NCBI GenBank assembly: GCA_963771465.1
Contig: CAVYTU010000017.1
Location: 512,001 to 576,000, forward strand
Reading direction: 5' to 3'
DNA from: an uncultured delta proteobacterium
GTDB lineage: Bacteria; Desulfobacterota; Binatia; UBA9968
Length of the DNA: 64,000 nt
Part shown: positions 49,352 to 59,277 of the stretch, one piece after another
How the letters are laid out: every line of letters begins with the position of its first letter
Position numbering within the stretch: the stretch's first letter is position 1
Notes under the pieces: model-generated
What the model saw: only the letters and a program-made list of their open reading frames with translations
Databases searched by the model: none
Told to the model about the DNA's origin: nothing
Translations under genes and position numbers: made by a program

Positions 49352-49396
49352 CGGCGCGCGCCAGACGGTTGCTGAATAGTCGTCTGGCGCGCGCCG
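49352..49396 (-). terminator. Strong hairpin terminator after the hydrolase/DUF6295 pair
   Basis: Perfect 16-bp inverted repeat cggcgcgcgccagacg / cgtctggcgcgcgccg, followed on the minus strand by a T-rich stretch. Confidence 0.7.
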
Positions 49397-49403
49397 GATA
49401 GGA

Positions 49404-49694
49404 TTAGGAATGTGCGGTCTGGAGTCGGTCTTCTGCCACGCCCTGTTTTTCCGCCTGAGCTAGAACTGCTTCGATAGTTTGAACCAGCTTGCGCGCGGCG
49501 TCGATGCTGAGTTCGACGGCGACACGGGCACCTGGCCCTTGAGCTTCGTTGACGAAGTCGATATTGAGCGCGTGCTCGAGCGGCAGGTCATACGGATGAT
49601 CGTAGGACACGTTCGCTTCGCGCACTTCAAACCAATCCTCACCACTTTTGCCGCGCCCTTCGATCTTCGCTTGATGAGTAATCATCGTGCACAT
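49404..49694 (-). CDS. DUF6295-like small protein
   Basis: MCTMI start; VSYDHP, EHALNIDF and RVAVELS motifs. Confidence 0.75.
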   Translation of the reverse strand: MCTMITHQAKIEGRGKSGEDWFEVREANVSYDHPYDLPLEHALNIDFVNEAQGPGARVAVELSIDAARKLVQTIEAVLAQAEKQGVAEDRLQTAHS

Positions 49695-49716
49695 GGTTCG
49701 ATTCTCCTTTCACCGG

Positions 49717-50472
49717 TTACTTAAGATTCTTTTCCAGGAAAGCGAGAACTTTTTTCCAGCCATCCACTGCTTGTTCCTGACGATACGCCGGACGGTCGTA
49801 GTAGAAAAAGCCATGGCCGGCGCCGTCGTAGCGGTGAAAAACATAATTCTTGCCGTGCTTCTTGAGCTCCTCTTCATGTCGATTTACCTGATCCGGCGCC
49901 GGCGATTTGTCGTCGTTGCCGAAAATGCCAATCATTGGGCACGGCAGATCTTTGGTATAATCGATGGGCGCGACTGGACGCTTCGGCGTTAGCTCCTCCG
50001 GTTTTTGCACGACGTTGCCGCCCCAGCATTCGACCAAGGCGTCATAGTTCTTGTTTTTGCACGCGGCGAGAAAACCGTGTCGGCCTCCGGAGCAAGTGCC
50101 AAAAACGCCGACCTTGCCGCTGACGTAAGGCAGTGAACGCAACAGTTTATTGGCGCCGTCGAGGTCGCCGAGCACTTGATCATCGGGTACGCCGCCGGCG
50201 GCACGCACTTTGGCGCCGACATCTTCCGCTGTGCCGTGGCCGTCGCGGAAGTAAAGGTTGGGCGAAATCGTTACGTAGCCGTTATGGGCAAACTTGCGGG
50301 TACATTCACGATACCACTCGTCCCAGCCGGGCGCATGGTGGATCAAAACCATGCCGGGAAAGGGTCCGGCGCCGAGCGGGCGGGCGCTGTACGCGTTGAT
50401 CGTGTCACCTTTGTATCCTTGCATGGTGATCGTTTCGGCGATCATGCCTTCGTATTGGTTAGTCTGATACAT
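49717..50472 (-). CDS. Dienelactone hydrolase family protein
   Basis: GTCSGG (Cys nucleophile), GNDD and YDGAGHGFF motifs. Confidence 0.92.
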   Translation of the reverse strand: MYQTNQYEGMIAETITMQGYKGDTINAYSARPLGAGPFPGMVLIHHAPGWDEWYRECTRKFAHNGYVTISPNLYFRDGHGTAEDVGAKVRAAGGVPDDQVLGDLDGANKLLRSLPYVSGKVGVFGTCSGGRHGFLAACKNKNYDALVECWGGNVVQKPEELTPKRPVAPIDYTKDLPCPMIGIFGNDDKSPAPDQVNRHEEELKKHGKNYVFHRYDGAGHGFFYYDRPAYRQEQAVDGWKKVLAFLEKNLK

Positions 50473-50813
50473 AGAACGCTCCTCCTTTGGATTTTCATCT
50501 GCCCTCTTAGTACGAAACCAGCCATCGGCGCAACTGGTCGGCGCGGAAAAGTGGGCTATCCATCGTTTACGTTGAACCCCAGAATGGGGGTTGCACGGGT
50601 ACAGCGATTTAGGGTAAGCTTTTTGTACACTTCAGTATGGGGCCTTCTGATAGTGCCGATGAAAAGTAGAGTTGAAGGTCTAGGGCGTCTTCCCTTGCGA
50701 TTCGGTGCCACGCGGACCAACCGACCAGAGCGTGTCTATCTTTCCATGTTCTGCTTCCAGCCGTGATCAGGTTCTCAAGGAAAAGACCACAAACTTTCTC
50801 ATAAGGAGAGGAC

Positions 50814-51140
50814 ATGAGCAGTAAAATTTATGTTGGTGGATTGCCCTACGCGACCACTGATGCGCAACTCCAGGATCTATTTTCCACCCATGGGACCGTC
50901 GAGTCGGCCCGCGTGATCACGGACAAGTTCACGGGCCGTTCGCGCGGCTTCGGATTTGTCGAAATGGCGTCCAATGAAGAAGCTCAGAAGGCGATTCAGG
51001 CGCTTAACGGCACCGACCTTGACGGCCGCAACTTGACCGTGAACGAGGCCCGCCCGCAGGAAAAACGTGCCGGTGGGGGCGGTTTCGGTGACCGGGGTGG
51101 TGAGCGACGTGGCGGCGGCGGTGGCCGTAATCGCTGGTAG
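50814..51140 (+). CDS. RRM (RNP-1) RNA-binding protein with a Gly-rich tail
   Basis: RNP2 IYVGGL, RNP1 RGFGFVEM and LTVNEARP motifs. Confidence 0.96.
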   Translation: MSSKIYVGGLPYATTDAQLQDLFSTHGTVESARVITDKFTGRSRGFGFVEMASNEEAQKAIQALNGTDLDGRNLTVNEARPQEKRAGGGGFGDRGGERRGGGGGRNRW

Positions 51141-51163
51141 TTTTTAGCTGCTAAATCTGATCG

Positions 51164-51197
51164 AAAGGGGCGCTAGGTCGGGGCGCCCTTTTTTTTT
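51164..51197 (+). terminator. Rho-independent terminator
   Basis: GGGCGC/GCGCCC stem followed by a poly-T run. Confidence 0.85.
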
Positions 51198-51283
51198 GCC
51201 CAGTTCTACGAAGAATCACGCTTACGACGCTCGCGAATTATTTCCCCAGGCCGAGCGCCCAAGTTTTTGTTCGCTTCAACGGT

Positions 51284-51826
51284 ATGGAAAAAATTGATAT
51301 CGTCAATTTGCCGCTATTCGATCGTCATGGCGCGCCAACGCATCTGACGCACCATTTCACCGACCGGCTGCTGGTTATTTTTTTGCGCCACTTGGCGTGA
51401 CTGCCTTGCCAATCTCATCTCGTCGAGATGAGCGCATTCAAAGCTGAATTTGACCGCCGCGGCGTTGCGATCGTCGTCGTCTCGTTCGCCGAGCTGGGCA
51501 AGCTGTCTCCCTATATCGACTATCATCACTGGCCGTTTACAATCCTCGCCGATCGCGAGCGCAAAGCCTATGCGGCGTTCGCATTGAAACGATTGTCATG
51601 GTGGCGCGTCTTTTCACCGGCTATGTTCAAGCTATATCTCAAGCTGGTGGGCAAAGGCTTGCAGCGCCGCGATTATGGCAACGAGGATTTTTACCAGTCC
51701 GGCGGCGACTTCGTGCTCGACCGCGAGGGAAATATTCTATTCGCGCATCGCAGTGAAGATCCGGGTGATCGGCCGCAGGTCGGAAAATTGCTCATGGCTA
51801 TCGACCGCAGCGCGCGGTCGCGATAG
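51284..51826 (+). CDS. Peroxiredoxin-like (AhpC/TSA-2, SelL-related) selenoprotein with UxxC; Sec codon at 51398-51400
   Basis: ATG 51284 reads MEKIDIV...LLVIFLRHLA(TGA)LPCQSHLVEM in frame with ORF 51428..51826, which has ADRERKAY, QSGGDFVLD and HRSEDPGDRP. Confidence 0.85.
51414..51432 (+). promoter_or_regulatory. Bacterial SECIS-like hairpin
   Basis: CTCATCTC-GTC-GAGATGAG, perfect 8-bp stem starting 13 nt after the UGA, loop beginning with G. Confidence 0.65.
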
Positions 51827-51864
51827 ACGAAGTGCAACACAAGCGAAGAGCAACAGCCGCCGCC

Positions 51865-53409
51865 CTATTTCCCTTTGATACTCGCCCGCTTCATCTGCAC
51901 TTTTTCATCCGGCGGCGCGGTCCAGACCAGATCGGCGCGGTGGGCATAGATATCCATGGCGTTCCACAGCGGCACGGCCGGCGCGTCATCCAAAATCATC
52001 CGGTGCGCGTCCCACAAGAGTTTTTCGCGTTTCTTCGAATCAAAAGTTTGCTGCTCGGCGTCAAGGATCTCGTCGAGCTTGGGGTTGCTGTAGCCGAGCA
52101 CTCGGCGGGTATTGCCGGTGCGAAAATATTGCTGAAACAGCGCGTCGGCGTCGGTCAAGCTGCCGCGTCCGGTTAAGTAGATGGGATACTTGCCGTTTTT
52201 GTAGTCGGTGTTGAAGATCGCCCATTCGGGCGTTTTGAGATTGGCTTTGATCCCGACTTTCGCGAGCTGTTCGACGATCACCAGCGCGACTTCGCGGTCC
52301 TTCGGATAACGTCCGGTCGGGCTGTAGTAATCGATTTCAAAACCGTTGGCGAAACCGGCTTCGCTCAAGAGCTGCTTGGCTTTATCAGGATCGAAGTTGA
52401 ATGCTTTTGCGCCCGGCTCGTAGCCGAAAACCTGCGGACTCAGCAGTCCGCTCAGGGGAAACGCATTGCCTTCCAAAATATGCTTGATGATGCGCTCGCG
52501 ATCGATGGCGTGGGTGATGGCGCGGCGCACTTTGACATTGTCGAGCGGTTTGTAGGCCGGGCTCAATACCAGAAAGATCGGCCGCAGCCCCTGCACCGGC
52601 TGCACTCGCAGCCGCGGATTGCTCTTGAGCCGGGCGACTTCGTGGGGTGGAATGTTGCTGATGACGTCGACCTGGCCGGCCTCGAGGGCGGCGATGCGCG
52701 CCGAGTCTTCTTGGATCGCGCGGTAAACGACCTCGTCGATGCGCGCCGGCTGGCCCCAGTAATTGTCATTGCGCCTGACGACGAACTGGCCGCTCCGTTC
52801 CCAACTGGTAAACTTAAACGGCCCGGTGCCGATGGGGCGATTGTCGAGCTCGCCCATTTTTTCTGCCGCCGCTTGTTTCATGATCACGCGGCCGTTGATG
52901 TCTTCGAGGGCATTGGCGTCGAGTTGCTTTAGCGTGACGATGAAATTGTAATCGTCGGGCGCGTCCATTTCTTTGACGTTGGCCAGATTGGGCGCCTGTA
53001 GACTCGCTTTGTCGGTAAGAATGCGTTTGAACGAAGCCATGGCATCTTTGCTGGTAAACGTCGTGCTATCGTGGAAGCGCACACCACGGCGTAGTTTGAA
53101 ATGCAGCTTGGTGCCCTTCATTTCCCACGACTCGGCGAGTACGCCTTTGTAACCGCGTTTCTCGTAGTCCGCGTCGATTAACGGCTCCATCACCGAGCCC
53201 CAAGCGGCCACCAGCGGCGAAGTATTTACAGCATAGGGATTTAACGAATAAACACCCACACCATGGGCGATGATGACGCGGCTGCGGTTTGCCGATTGGG
53301 CCAACAATTTCGCCGGATGCGCCAGTGGCGAGGCCGCCAATGCGGCGCTCGTGAGGGCGGCGTCGCGCAGGAATCTTCGCCGGCTTGGGTTCTTAATTCG
53401 TCCACTCAT
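51865..53409 (-). CDS. ABC substrate-binding protein family 5 (peptide/nickel type), Tat signal
   Basis: SRRRFLR Tat motif; LAESW, LRRGVRFHD, PIGTGPFK and VRRAITHAIDR motifs. Confidence 0.93.
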   Translation of the reverse strand: MSGRIKNPSRRRFLRDAALTSAALAASPLAHPAKLLAQSANRSRVIIAHGVGVYSLNPYAVNTSPLVAAWGSVMEPLIDADYEKRGYKGVLAESWEMKGTKLHFKLRRGVRFHDSTTFTSKDAMASFKRILTDKASLQAPNLANVKEMDAPDDYNFIVTLKQLDANALEDINGRVIMKQAAAEKMGELDNRPIGTGPFKFTSWERSGQFVVRRNDNYWGQPARIDEVVYRAIQEDSARIAALEAGQVDVISNIPPHEVARLKSNPRLRVQPVQGLRPIFLVLSPAYKPLDNVKVRRAITHAIDRERIIKHILEGNAFPLSGLLSPQVFGYEPGAKAFNFDPDKAKQLLSEAGFANGFEIDYYSPTGRYPKDREVALVIVEQLAKVGIKANLKTPEWAIFNTDYKNGKYPIYLTGRGSLTDADALFQQYFRTGNTRRVLGYSNPKLDEILDAEQQTFDSKKREKLLWDAHRMILDDAPAVPLWNAMDIYAHRADLVWTAPPDEKVQMKRASIKGK

Positions 53410-53559
53410 AAGAACTCCCTTCGTACGGAAGAATGAGCCATTCGGGTGTATGATCGTTGAAAACTAACCCTGCCACGATATAGCGCGCCAGAAGAAGCTG
53501 TGTCAACGTCGTATTGACAGTGAAACGCGTGCGGGAATAGAAGGGGAAAAGGAGTTTTC

Positions 53560-54882
53560 ATGGCAAAGATCATCGATTCCTTGGTTGAATATATGTTGGC
53601 GGCGCGTCATGCGCAGTTGCCGGCAGAAGTGATCCAAAAAGGCAAAAGCCATTTGCTTGATTCGCTTGCCGCGATTGTGTCGGGCGCGACTTTGAAGCCA
53701 GGCAAGCTCGGTCTGCAGCATGCGCGAGCGCTTGGCGGCAAGGAAGAGTGCAGCGTGTTGGGCGCCAATTTCAAAACGACATCGATCATGGCCGCTTTCG
53801 CCAATGGTATGTCGGGTCATGCCGACGAAACTGACGATTCAAACAGCCAGCTTCATCCCGGCTGCGCCATTGTGCCGGCAGCATTGGCGATGGGTGAATT
53901 AAACAATCGCAGCGGCGAGGCGCTGCTACGCGCGGTAATCCTCGGTTACGACATCGGCTTTCGCTTCCATCAAGCGTTCGAGCCGCGATCGACGAGCTTT
54001 GGCGCGACGTTCGGTTGCGCCGCGGCGGCGAGCGCGCTGGCGGATCTCGACGCTTTGCAGCTTCGCTATGCGATCTCCTACGCTGCGCAGCAGGCGTCGG
54101 GGTCGCGTGCTTGGGTAGGCGATGACGATCATATCGAAAAAGCTTTCGACTATGCCGCCATGCCGGCGCGCAACGGCGTGACGTCGGCGCTCTTGGTCAA
54201 GTCCGGTTTTACCGGCAATCGTGACGTGCTCGAAGGCGATCAGGGTATCATCAAAACCTATGCGCCTTGCGATCCCGCGAAGCTCCTCGCCGAGCTCGGT
54301 GAACGTTTCACGATTACCAGTTGTTTGATCAAGAAATATCCGGTGGGATCGCCGATGATGGAGACGGTTGATGCGACCTTGACGATGCTTTCCAAGCAGA
54401 CGATCGCGGCGGACGAAATCGAGAACGTCGTTGTCCGCATTCCCGAAAGCGGTGCACGCACGGTCAACAATCGCAAGATGCCGGACGTTAACGTTCAGTA
54501 CATGGTCGCGTCGATTCTGATCGACGGCAAGCTCAGCTTCGAGTCGGCGCATGACTATCAGCGCTTTCAAAACCCGCGCGTGCTCGCACTCAAAGAGAAA
54601 GTGCAACTGATCGGCGACGAAACGATGGAACGGTCCGGCCATCGTTTTCAGGGACTCGTGGAAGTTACCTTGAAGGACGGCAAGGTTTTTCACGAGCACG
54701 TGATCGGCTGCCGCGGTCGGCCGGAAAATCCGATGAGTCCGGATGAGGTTGAGAAAAAAGCCGCGTGGCTGTTGGAACCCATTCTTGGTAGGGAAAAGGT
54801 CGAGCAGATTATACAGTCGACTCGAAAAATTGAAGCGCTGGCCAACATTCGGGAACTTACCGATCTGCTCGCACTGACCTGA
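53560..54882 (+). CDS. MmgE/PrpD family protein
   Basis: HADETDD...HPG, ARNGV and GRPENPM motifs. Confidence 0.92.
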   Translation: MAKIIDSLVEYMLAARHAQLPAEVIQKGKSHLLDSLAAIVSGATLKPGKLGLQHARALGGKEECSVLGANFKTTSIMAAFANGMSGHADETDDSNSQLHPGCAIVPAALAMGELNNRSGEALLRAVILGYDIGFRFHQAFEPRSTSFGATFGCAAAASALADLDALQLRYAISYAAQQASGSRAWVGDDDHIEKAFDYAAMPARNGVTSALLVKSGFTGNRDVLEGDQGIIKTYAPCDPAKLLAELGERFTITSCLIKKYPVGSPMMETVDATLTMLSKQTIAADEIENVVVRIPESGARTVNNRKMPDVNVQYMVASILIDGKLSFESAHDYQRFQNPRVLALKEKVQLIGDETMERSGHRFQGLVEVTLKDGKVFHEHVIGCRGRPENPMSPDEVEKKAAWLLEPILGREKVEQIIQSTRKIEALANIRELTDLLALT

Positions 54883-55081
54883 CGACTAGGCTGTCAAGCG
54901 GCGCTCGTGAAATGGTTTGCTCAAACCAGAGGAGATAAAAATAGAAAATAGCAGATTGGGAATGACGTGGGAGGGAGTATTGTAGTCAAAGTAGTTTTAC
55001 ATGTTAAAAAGCGAAGCTATAGACCACAATTGACAGCGAATTGGGCCAATCGATAGTGAATAAATAGACAAGGAGACGATT

Positions 55082-55492
55082 ATGAAAAAATGGGTAGGAC
55101 TGGGTCTTGTTGGTGTTGCAATGCTGTGGATGTCGGCCTGCATCGTAGTCGATGGCGGCGGAGGTGGAGGTGGCGGATGGCAACAGATTGGCACCGGCGA
55201 AGCGCTTTTTGTTCAGGACCATGATGCCATCTCCGTTCCACGCGGCGAGGGACGGTATCGCCAATTACGGTTTGTAGTAACGGGCGGTGATCTAGAAATG
55301 CGTGAAATGATCATACACTTCGCCAACGGGGAAACGTATAGACCCAATATTAGATACGCGTTTTCAAACGAGGGCCCGCCGTTGGTAATCGACCTTCCGG
55401 GCGACGTCAGGAGCGTTACTCAAATTGAGTTCAACTACCGCAGTACAAATAAACGGGAAGGCAAAGCGAACGTGATCGTATACGGTCGGTAG
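55082..55492 (+). CDS. Lipoprotein with a poly-Gly linker and a DUF2541/YaaI-like beta domain
   Basis: Lipobox MSAC; DHDAISV...GRYRQLRFVV...VIDLPGDVR. Confidence 0.65.
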   Translation: MKKWVGLGLVGVAMLWMSACIVVDGGGGGGGGWQQIGTGEALFVQDHDAISVPRGEGRYRQLRFVVTGGDLEMREMIIHFANGETYRPNIRYAFSNEGPPLVIDLPGDVRSVTQIEFNYRSTNKREGKANVIVYGR

Positions 55493-55851
55493 TATCGCCG
55501 ACTTTGCGCCGAACGATATGCTGGCTCCAGGGGAGTTTGTTCAAAGCATTCGGCGGGGCCAACCGAGCTTGGAGTGAATTCTATGCCGATCCGAATTGGT
55601 TGTGGCTAGCCTGGGGTCGGTAGGCGTCGGAAGAGGATGAGAATCTCTTAGATCCGATCCGTGGCCATTTGGTCTATAAAAGAATTGTGCGAATGTGGAA
55701 CAATTCGTCGGAAATTCGTTGGACAGGGATTGATGACGAAGGGGATGGTAGTGGAGGAATTGTTTTTGGGATTGAATCCATGATCGGGTTAACAGTAATG
55801 TCAGCGCGCGCAAAAAGATTCCTTACAGGTGCGCAGCAGCCTAATTGCGGG

Positions 55852-56296
55852 TTAGGCGAACCACGACGGGGTAAAACGATGCCACACCGCAGACCCCACC
55901 AGCAGGCATAGAAAGTGCCAATTCCAAAAGTTGCGAATGAAATGACGGCGTCTGAAAACCCGCCTACCTCGTAGCCTTGTATCGCGAAAACGGAACCGAG
56001 GCAGAATGCGTAGATGGCTGAAACTGTAATAAGAGCGCGAACGAATAACGGAAGAAATCCTTCAACCCTGCAGAAATAGCCAGAAAGAAGGAACCACATA
56101 AAATAATAGTTACAGGTGACAAGAACATAAGTATGAACGCCGCTCGCCAAGGTGCGTTGTCAATCCGTCCCAAGTTGTCTACTCGTGAATCGGTCGCAAG
56201 TATGAAAACTGCAAGCACGAATGGACAGAGCGATGTCGCTGTCCCGGCTGCGATCACTGCGATCAGAAGCCGGATATTTTCGATTAACCTGACCAT
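55852..56296 (-). CDS. Hypothetical four-TM membrane protein, apparently split by two frameshifts
   Basis: Hydrophobic segments continue across three frames: ...RYSFALL / TVSAIYAFCLG...FGIGTF / LCLLVGSAVWHRFTPSWFA*; AT-rich. Confidence 0.45.
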
Positions 56297-56424
56297 GACT
56301 TATGTCGAATAGCATCTTACAAGTCTAAAAAAGATAATACTGCAGAACCTATCTGTACGATCGAAAAATGTTCGATCCGATCTCTCGCAAATCCATAAAC
56401 CCGCGATTTTTGTTGAGCGTCCCA

Positions 56425-58755
56425 CTATTTTTTGATCACCCGGCAGCGTTGGCCGCGATGGGCAACCGACGCACTGATCGCGTCATTGTCGCTGTTCGGA
56501 ATCAAGAGATTGGTGTTGGCGCCATTCTGGCTGAACGCGTCTTGGCCCATGAGTCCGAGTTCCTGGCAGGCTTGCCACCAGCCGTAGACGGTGGCGGCGA
56601 CGTGCGGGTCTAATGAGTCGTTTAATTTCGCTTTAAGTTTCACTTTTCCTGTTTTCGTTTCGAGAATAATCCAGTCGCCTTCGGCAATTTCATTCGCTTC
56701 CGCCGTTGTTGGATGAATTTCAACGAACGGCTCGGGTACGGCGCGGCGCAGGCGCGGGATGTTGCGGTGTTGTTCGTCGCAGAAGTGGATGTCTCGGAAA
56801 AAAGTTAGGGTCAGTGGATATTCATTGTTGGATTGACCGCTGGTTTCGAATTGCGGCAAAGGTGAATGACCCGCTGCGGCGAATGTCGCGGAGTAAATCT
56901 CGATCTTCCCTGTCGGTGTATCGAAAGCGCGCGGCTTTCCGTTCAACGAATCGATCTCGGCGTATTTTTCGTACCGAGTTGTGACCGGGGCGCGCATGCC
57001 GACCGGATTGGCTCGCAGTTGTTTGGTCGTGAGGCCTGAGGGCGCGAGTTGATGCGCCAGCGCGGCTTCGATGTTTCCGTCAAAAAAGTGTTGGGCGATG
57101 CCCAGACGCTTGGCCAAATCGAAGATGATTCCGACTTCTGACCGCGACTCGCCAACAGGTTTCGCTACGGCAGGCCGCAACTGCGCCCAATTCAGTGTAT
57201 CCTCAGCCATCTCGAACGATGGCAGCAGCGCTTCGCGCTCCCAGCAGGTTGTTGCTGGCAGAATCAAGTCGGCGACCATTGCACTGGGATTGATTGTCGT
57301 GTCGACGTGAACGTAGAAGTCGAGCGCTTCTAACGCGGCTTTGCCGCGCAGCGGATCGCCGTGGCCCAACAATGGATCGGTGCCGAATAAGACCGCGGCT
57401 TTTATGGCATACGGTTTGGCGGTGAGGATCGCGTCGTAAACTTCGGCTGCTTGCACGAGTCCTGGATCGGCCGGCGGACCGAGTGGGTGTTTGTCCCTGC
57501 CGAGCCGCAGTTGAGCTTTTCCTTTCGGTAGCAGCTCTCGTCCGGTGATCGGATTGGTCGGTGTGATTGCAAAGAGCACGTTGCTGCCGCGCTTATCGTA
57601 CTGGCCGGTGAGTGCGTAGAAGATGCAAACCGCTCGGTTGGTGTGCATCGCGTCATTGTCTTGTTCCAGACCGACCCAAGTGCAATAGCTGGAGGGTTTG
57701 TGACTGGCGAACAGGCGAACCGCTTTTCTGACTTCTTCTGCTGGCACAGTGGTGATCGCTTCCGATCGCTCGGGCGTGAATTGCGCCACCGCTTCTTTCA
57801 GCCATTGAAGCGCCGGACGACACTCTACGGTTTGCCCGGCCAGTAGCTTCACTGGATACGCGCCGAAGAGCGCGGGAATTTTTGCTTGCTGCCACACGAG
57901 TGATCCGTCTTGATCATCCCACACCATCCACTCGGCTCTATTTCCATCCGCTCGCACGTCAGCTTCAGTCAAGAGTTTATTATTGTCCGAGCGAACTAAG
58001 AAGGCACCATTAGTCCACGTGCGAGCGAATTCTTCGTCAACGAGATTTTCTTCGAGCAGGACATGGATCATCGCCATTGCCAGCTCGCCGTCTTTTCCCG
58101 GACGGACGCGGAGCCATCTGTCCGCTTTCGCCGCTAAAGTTGTTTTGCGCGGATCTATGACAATCAATTTCGCGCCGCGGTTTCTGGCGCGGTTGATGCG
58201 CACGGCTTGCGCCGGCGACGTCGCCGGCGGGTTGACGCCCCAGATAAGCATACATTCGGTATTATCGAAGTCAGGCAGCGGCATGGTGCTGCCGTAGGTG
58301 TACTTGGAGCCGACCCGGCGGTTCCAGGTGCAGATGTGATTCGACGTCAGCAGATTCGGACTGCCAAACGCGTTTGCCAATCGCTGCAACCAGCCGTCGA
58401 AGTCAATTGCTGCGGTGCCCGCGGTTGTTGCGCGCGAAAAGACCACGGCTTCGGGGCCATGGTTGTCTTTGATGCGGTTGAGCTTAAGGGCAGCGAGATC
58501 GAGCGCTTGTTCCCACGTGATTCTGACCCAGCCGGGATCGGGATCGCCTTTCGCTCGTGTGCGCACCAGCGGAAATTGGATTCGATCCGGCGCGTAGACG
58601 ATCTCTGGCGCGGTGGTGCCTTTGACGCAAATGCAGCCGTTTGGATGATCAGGATCGGCGCCGACTTGAGTCAACCTGCCGTTCTCGACGGTGGCGATGA
58701 CGCCGCAGCGCGAGGTGCACATGGCGCAGTAGGTGTGAATCTGTTCGGTGGCCAT
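56425..58755 (-). CDS. DMSO reductase-family molybdopterin oxidoreductase with an N-terminal [4Fe-4S] site
   Basis: CAMCTSRC...ICVKG, likely Cys ligand in HICTWN, LIVIDPR, ADLILPA and VEIHP motifs; no Tat signal. Confidence 0.93.
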   Translation of the reverse strand: MATEQIHTYCAMCTSRCGVIATVENGRLTQVGADPDHPNGCICVKGTTAPEIVYAPDRIQFPLVRTRAKGDPDPGWVRITWEQALDLAALKLNRIKDNHGPEAVVFSRATTAGTAAIDFDGWLQRLANAFGSPNLLTSNHICTWNRRVGSKYTYGSTMPLPDFDNTECMLIWGVNPPATSPAQAVRINRARNRGAKLIVIDPRKTTLAAKADRWLRVRPGKDGELAMAMIHVLLEENLVDEEFARTWTNGAFLVRSDNNKLLTEADVRADGNRAEWMVWDDQDGSLVWQQAKIPALFGAYPVKLLAGQTVECRPALQWLKEAVAQFTPERSEAITTVPAEEVRKAVRLFASHKPSSYCTWVGLEQDNDAMHTNRAVCIFYALTGQYDKRGSNVLFAITPTNPITGRELLPKGKAQLRLGRDKHPLGPPADPGLVQAAEVYDAILTAKPYAIKAAVLFGTDPLLGHGDPLRGKAALEALDFYVHVDTTINPSAMVADLILPATTCWEREALLPSFEMAEDTLNWAQLRPAVAKPVGESRSEVGIIFDLAKRLGIAQHFFDGNIEAALAHQLAPSGLTTKQLRANPVGMRAPVTTRYEKYAEIDSLNGKPRAFDTPTGKIEIYSATFAAAGHSPLPQFETSGQSNNEYPLTLTFFRDIHFCDEQHRNIPRLRRAVPEPFVEIHPTTAEANEIAEGDWIILETKTGKVKLKAKLNDSLDPHVAATVYGWWQACQELGLMGQDAFSQNGANTNLLIPNSDNDAISASVAHRGQRCRVIKK

Positions 58756-58859
58756 CGCAAATAAAGTTGTTGGCAGTTGCGTCGGTGATAGCGGTTGAGA
58801 TATTACTGCGACGTTACCTATATATACAATCTGCATTCGATTAACCCGGAGGAAATTCT

Positions 58860-59246
58860 ATGGCGCGTATCGCTCATATCGCTGTCAAAGTTGAAGACAT
58901 CGAGCAGTCCGCTCAATTCTATGAAAAAGCTCTAGGCTTCGTGCCGACGGGAAAATCTCGCTCGGATAATCGCGCGCGGGGTAGCTTCAGCGACGGTGAA
59001 ATCAATCTAACGCTTTTGCGCTACGATAATGAAGATACCGCGATGGCTCAGGTATCGGGTCGGGGTCCGTGCATTCATCATTTCGCGATCGAAGTGGAGG
59101 ATATGGCTAAGTATGTGGAACAGATCCGCGCGTTCGGTTGCGAGATCCTCAGCGATCCTAACAAGGCGCCGGTAAAGTTTCGCGCGCCGGGGGGAACGGT
59201 TGCGGAGATTGTGCCGGTGGGAAGATATCGCAAAGGGATGGAGTAG
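58860..59246 (+). CDS. VOC family protein
   Basis: RIAHIAVKV, SDGEINL and IHHFAIEV motifs. Confidence 0.9.
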   Translation: MARIAHIAVKVEDIEQSAQFYEKALGFVPTGKSRSDNRARGSFSDGEINLTLLRYDNEDTAMAQVSGRGPCIHHFAIEVEDMAKYVEQIRAFGCEILSDPNKAPVKFRAPGGTVAEIVPVGRYRKGME

Positions 59247-59277
59247 AGGATCGAGTGAGCAAATTTCGGAGGCTGCC

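Noticed and set aside
55840-55860. Integron attC site (GCCTAAC overlapping a stop codon on the minus strand)
   Set aside because: No properly spaced GTTRRRY partner, no cassette array and no integrase
56425-58755. Assignment as acetylene hydratase or a Sec-containing formate dehydrogenase
   Set aside because: No Asp after the second Fe-S Cys (CAMCTSRC), no in-frame TGA and no FDH C/U-H motif
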